IMG/VR virus record: IMGVR_UViG_3300005805_000353
Coordinates: 1-28,256 of that record
Length of the DNA stretch: 28,256 bases
Reading direction: 5' to 3' (one strand)
Source: a virus
Taxonomy: Duplodnaviria > Caudoviricetes
Position numbers and translations under genes: made by a program. This document shows positions 26,512 through 28,256 of the stretch, one piece after another (position 1 is the stretch's first letter; every line of letters starts with the position of its first letter). A model generated the notes under the pieces. It was given only the letters and a program-made list of their open reading frames with translations, was not told the origin of the DNA and ran no database searches.

Positions 26512-28256
26512 TGTCATTTCAAAAAGGAAACATAATATCACTTATCCGTAAAAGACTGAAACGTGGTGACTTTGAAGTAAAACCGTTTCAAGCAAATAAA
26601 CTTTGGAAATTTGCAAGTGATGACACAGAAACATTTGCAGGAAAATCAACATTCTACGAAAACTTTGGAATGAAGATATACCGAGTTCTGTATCCAGAAA
26701 ATGACTTATATTACGGCGCAGTGGCAAACATAAGTTCTTCTCTTTATGCCAGAGTGTTTACAACACAAAGTGTAGATCCAAAATTACTATGGTACTCTAT
26801 GGATCACAAATACTATAATCAATACAAGAATGACGGGAATCCAACTTACTTAATAAGTTCAAATGCAAAATTAAATCTTTCTGTTAGTGGTTCATTACTT
26901 GTACTACCACAGGATGTTTTTGGTGAAGGTGTAAAACCAAAATCATTTAAGATAACAAATTACAGTACAGATCCTTCACATTCATATTCTATGATTGACG
27001 ACGGTGATGGGAATGTTATAGATTTATCATTTGATACATCAAAGATAATATCAAATGATAATTCACTTCTTTATCTTGGATTTAATGAAAAGTATAGAGA
27101 GTATGGATTTAGAAATAAACAGTTAGCCGGTGTTTATGACGGAAGTAATAGAGTAAATAACATAGATTATGTAAATCCAAAGAGAATAAGATTTGCACCT
27201 GGCATTCCAACAACTGCACCAGTTTCATCTAGTGGAACTTGTATGGTAACTGAAGGTGGTTATCTTCATGTAACATCAAAAGAAAACTTTACACCTCTTC
27301 CAAAAAGTTCATTTGCTATTAGTTTTTGGGTTAATGTTCCTCCATCACAGTCTAATAATGATAATAGTTACAACTATATTGTCAATAAAAATACAATGGT
27401 ATTGGATGATGGATTTAACAGACGAATCGGAAAATATAACACTTCATTGGTAGAAAGAAGATCATCACACTACCCGTTTGATGTAAGAATAACAAATAGT
27501 TCAAATCCAAATCCACACAGAATTGTATTTGAACAATCATCGGCAGAAAATATAGTAACAGTCACTTCTTCAGCAATAATACCTGGAAATTGGTATCATG
27601 TTGTTTGTCAAAAAAGTGCAAGCATTTACAGTATTCATTTAAATGGAACACTTAATGCTAGTTCTAGTTTTGAAATGACAAAGAATGTTTCAAATAATCA
27701 CGAGATGTATATTGGTGGTAATGGTACAAACAGTGGAATGATTTCTGCATCTATTGATGAATTTAGAATCTATAACACAGCATTAACACAAACTCAAATT
27801 TCGTCATTATCCGATAACTCGTATGGACTTGGATATGCATATCAGAGTAATGTTGTAGGAAACATATTCTACAAGTCTGGTGAAATACTCATATCCGATC
27901 CAAGACCAAAATATGCCAATGCACTACTTGGTAGAACAGGAAGTTTTGATTATGGGGGAAGAACACATGGATTCAGTGGCGAATTTAGAAGTACAACAAC
28001 ATTTTACGAATATCAAGTAATATGTAAAATTCGTAAAAAAGAATTCAATCTATCTCAAAACATCTCGCTCAGAGAAGGTGGAGATCCTAATTCTTATAGA
28101 CTACGCAATTTTGTTACTAGTTCGCATTTTAATCCATATATTACAACAATTGGATTATATGATGATAATGATGAATTGTTGGCAATAGGTAAACTTGCAT
28201 CACCACTTGAAAAAAGAGATGACGTAGATATGAACATCATTGTTAGATGGGATATA
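26511..28256 (+). CDS. Virion structural protein, divergent paralogue 5 with inserted LamG/concanavalin-like domain; no stop inside the window and absent from the ORF track
   Basis: ATG overlaps the previous TAA (TAATG). My translation is open for 582 codons: MSFQKGNIISL...FAISFWV...WYHVVCQK...IHLNG...MYIGG...IDEFRIYNTALTQTQI...PYITTIGLYDDNDELLAIGKLASPLEKRDDVDMNIIVRWDI. Confidence 0.85.
   Translation, partial: MSFQKGNIISLIRKRLKRGDFEVKPFQANKLWKFASDDTETFAGKSTFYENFGMKIYRVLYPENDLYYGAVANISSSLYARVFTTQSVDPKLLWYSMDHKYYNQYKNDGNPTYLISSNAKLNLSVSGSLLVLPQDVFGEGVKPKSFKITNYSTDPSHSYSMIDDGDGNVIDLSFDTSKIISNDNSLLYLGFNEKYREYGFRNKQLAGVYDGSNRVNNIDYVNPKRIRFAPGIPTTAPVSSSGTCMVTEGGYLHVTSKENFTPLPKSSFAISFWVNVPPSQSNNDNSYNYIVNKNTMVLDDGFNRRIGKYNTSLVERRSSHYPFDVRITNSSNPNPHRIVFEQSSAENIVTVTSSAIIPGNWYHVVCQKSASIYSIHLNGTLNASSSFEMTKNVSNNHEMYIGGNGTNSGMISASIDEFRIYNTALTQTQISSLSDNSYGLGYAYQSNVVGNIFYKSGEILISDPRPKYANALLGRTGSFDYGGRTHGFSGEFRSTTTFYEYQVICKIRKKEFNLSQNISLREGGDPNSYRLRNFVTSSHFNPYITTIGLYDDNDELLAIGKLASPLEKRDDVDMNIIVRWDI

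Noticed and set aside
24-26727. Short minus-strand and nested alternative-frame ORFs in the track (e.g. 24..377, 5638..5877, 7620..7871, 10574..10885, 22201..22497, 22250..22450, 26542..26727)
   Set aside because: All lie within longer + strand genes that have recognisable motifs or tight tiling. They look like antisense or frame shadows; the Pro-rich 22250..22450 simply mirrors Gly codons.
20870-28205. Repeated 3' ends of the five paralogues as a diversity-generating retroelement VR/TR pair or shufflon
   Set aside because: Differences are spread over all bases, mainly at third codon positions, and are not adenine-specific. There is no non-coding template, reverse transcriptase, invertase or inverted repeat in the window.
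1-28256. Stop-codon reassignment, introns/inteins, tRNAs, CRISPR arrays
   Set aside because: Genes tile almost gap-free under code 11, and the largest gap (1869-1969) is explained by a terminator/promoter. No cloverleaf, repeat-spacer or intein/homing-endonuclease motifs were recognised.

Overview
An AT-rich, gene-dense segment with all supportable genes on the + strand. It is best read as part of a large myovirus-like (probably jumbo) dsDNA phage genome. The left ~6.8 kb holds non-structural or accessory genes: a 5'-truncated thyX, a divergent SAM methyltransferase, UV-damage endonuclease UvsE, an intact ClpP protease, several membrane proteins and a T4 gp55-like sigma factor. The rest is a baseplate/tail module: a gp5/gpV-like spike, a divergent GH19 lysozyme, gp25, a gp6-like wedge, a DNRLRE-like protein, a coiled-coil protein and a 1406-aa gp7/gpI-like protein. 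These are followed by a 241-aa protein and five tandem paralogues; the last (26511..>28256, LamG-containing) is missing from the ORF track. The most notable signals are: (i) the five-member paralogue array with swapped accessory domains, whose shared C-terminus and the upstream 241-aa protein look like the two halves of a P2 gpH-type tail-collar domain; (ii) a [S/T]-[G/A/S]-S tripeptide strongly enriched in only a subset of virion proteins, a candidate modification sequon; (iii) two Bacteroidota-style promoters with identical 20-nt spacing, one hidden inside a CDS; and (iv) a sharp CGN versus AGA arginine codon split between early and late genes. No RNA genes, CRISPR arrays or mobile elements were seen. 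All protein calls rest on motif recognition by eye and counts are hand counts; no database search was run.
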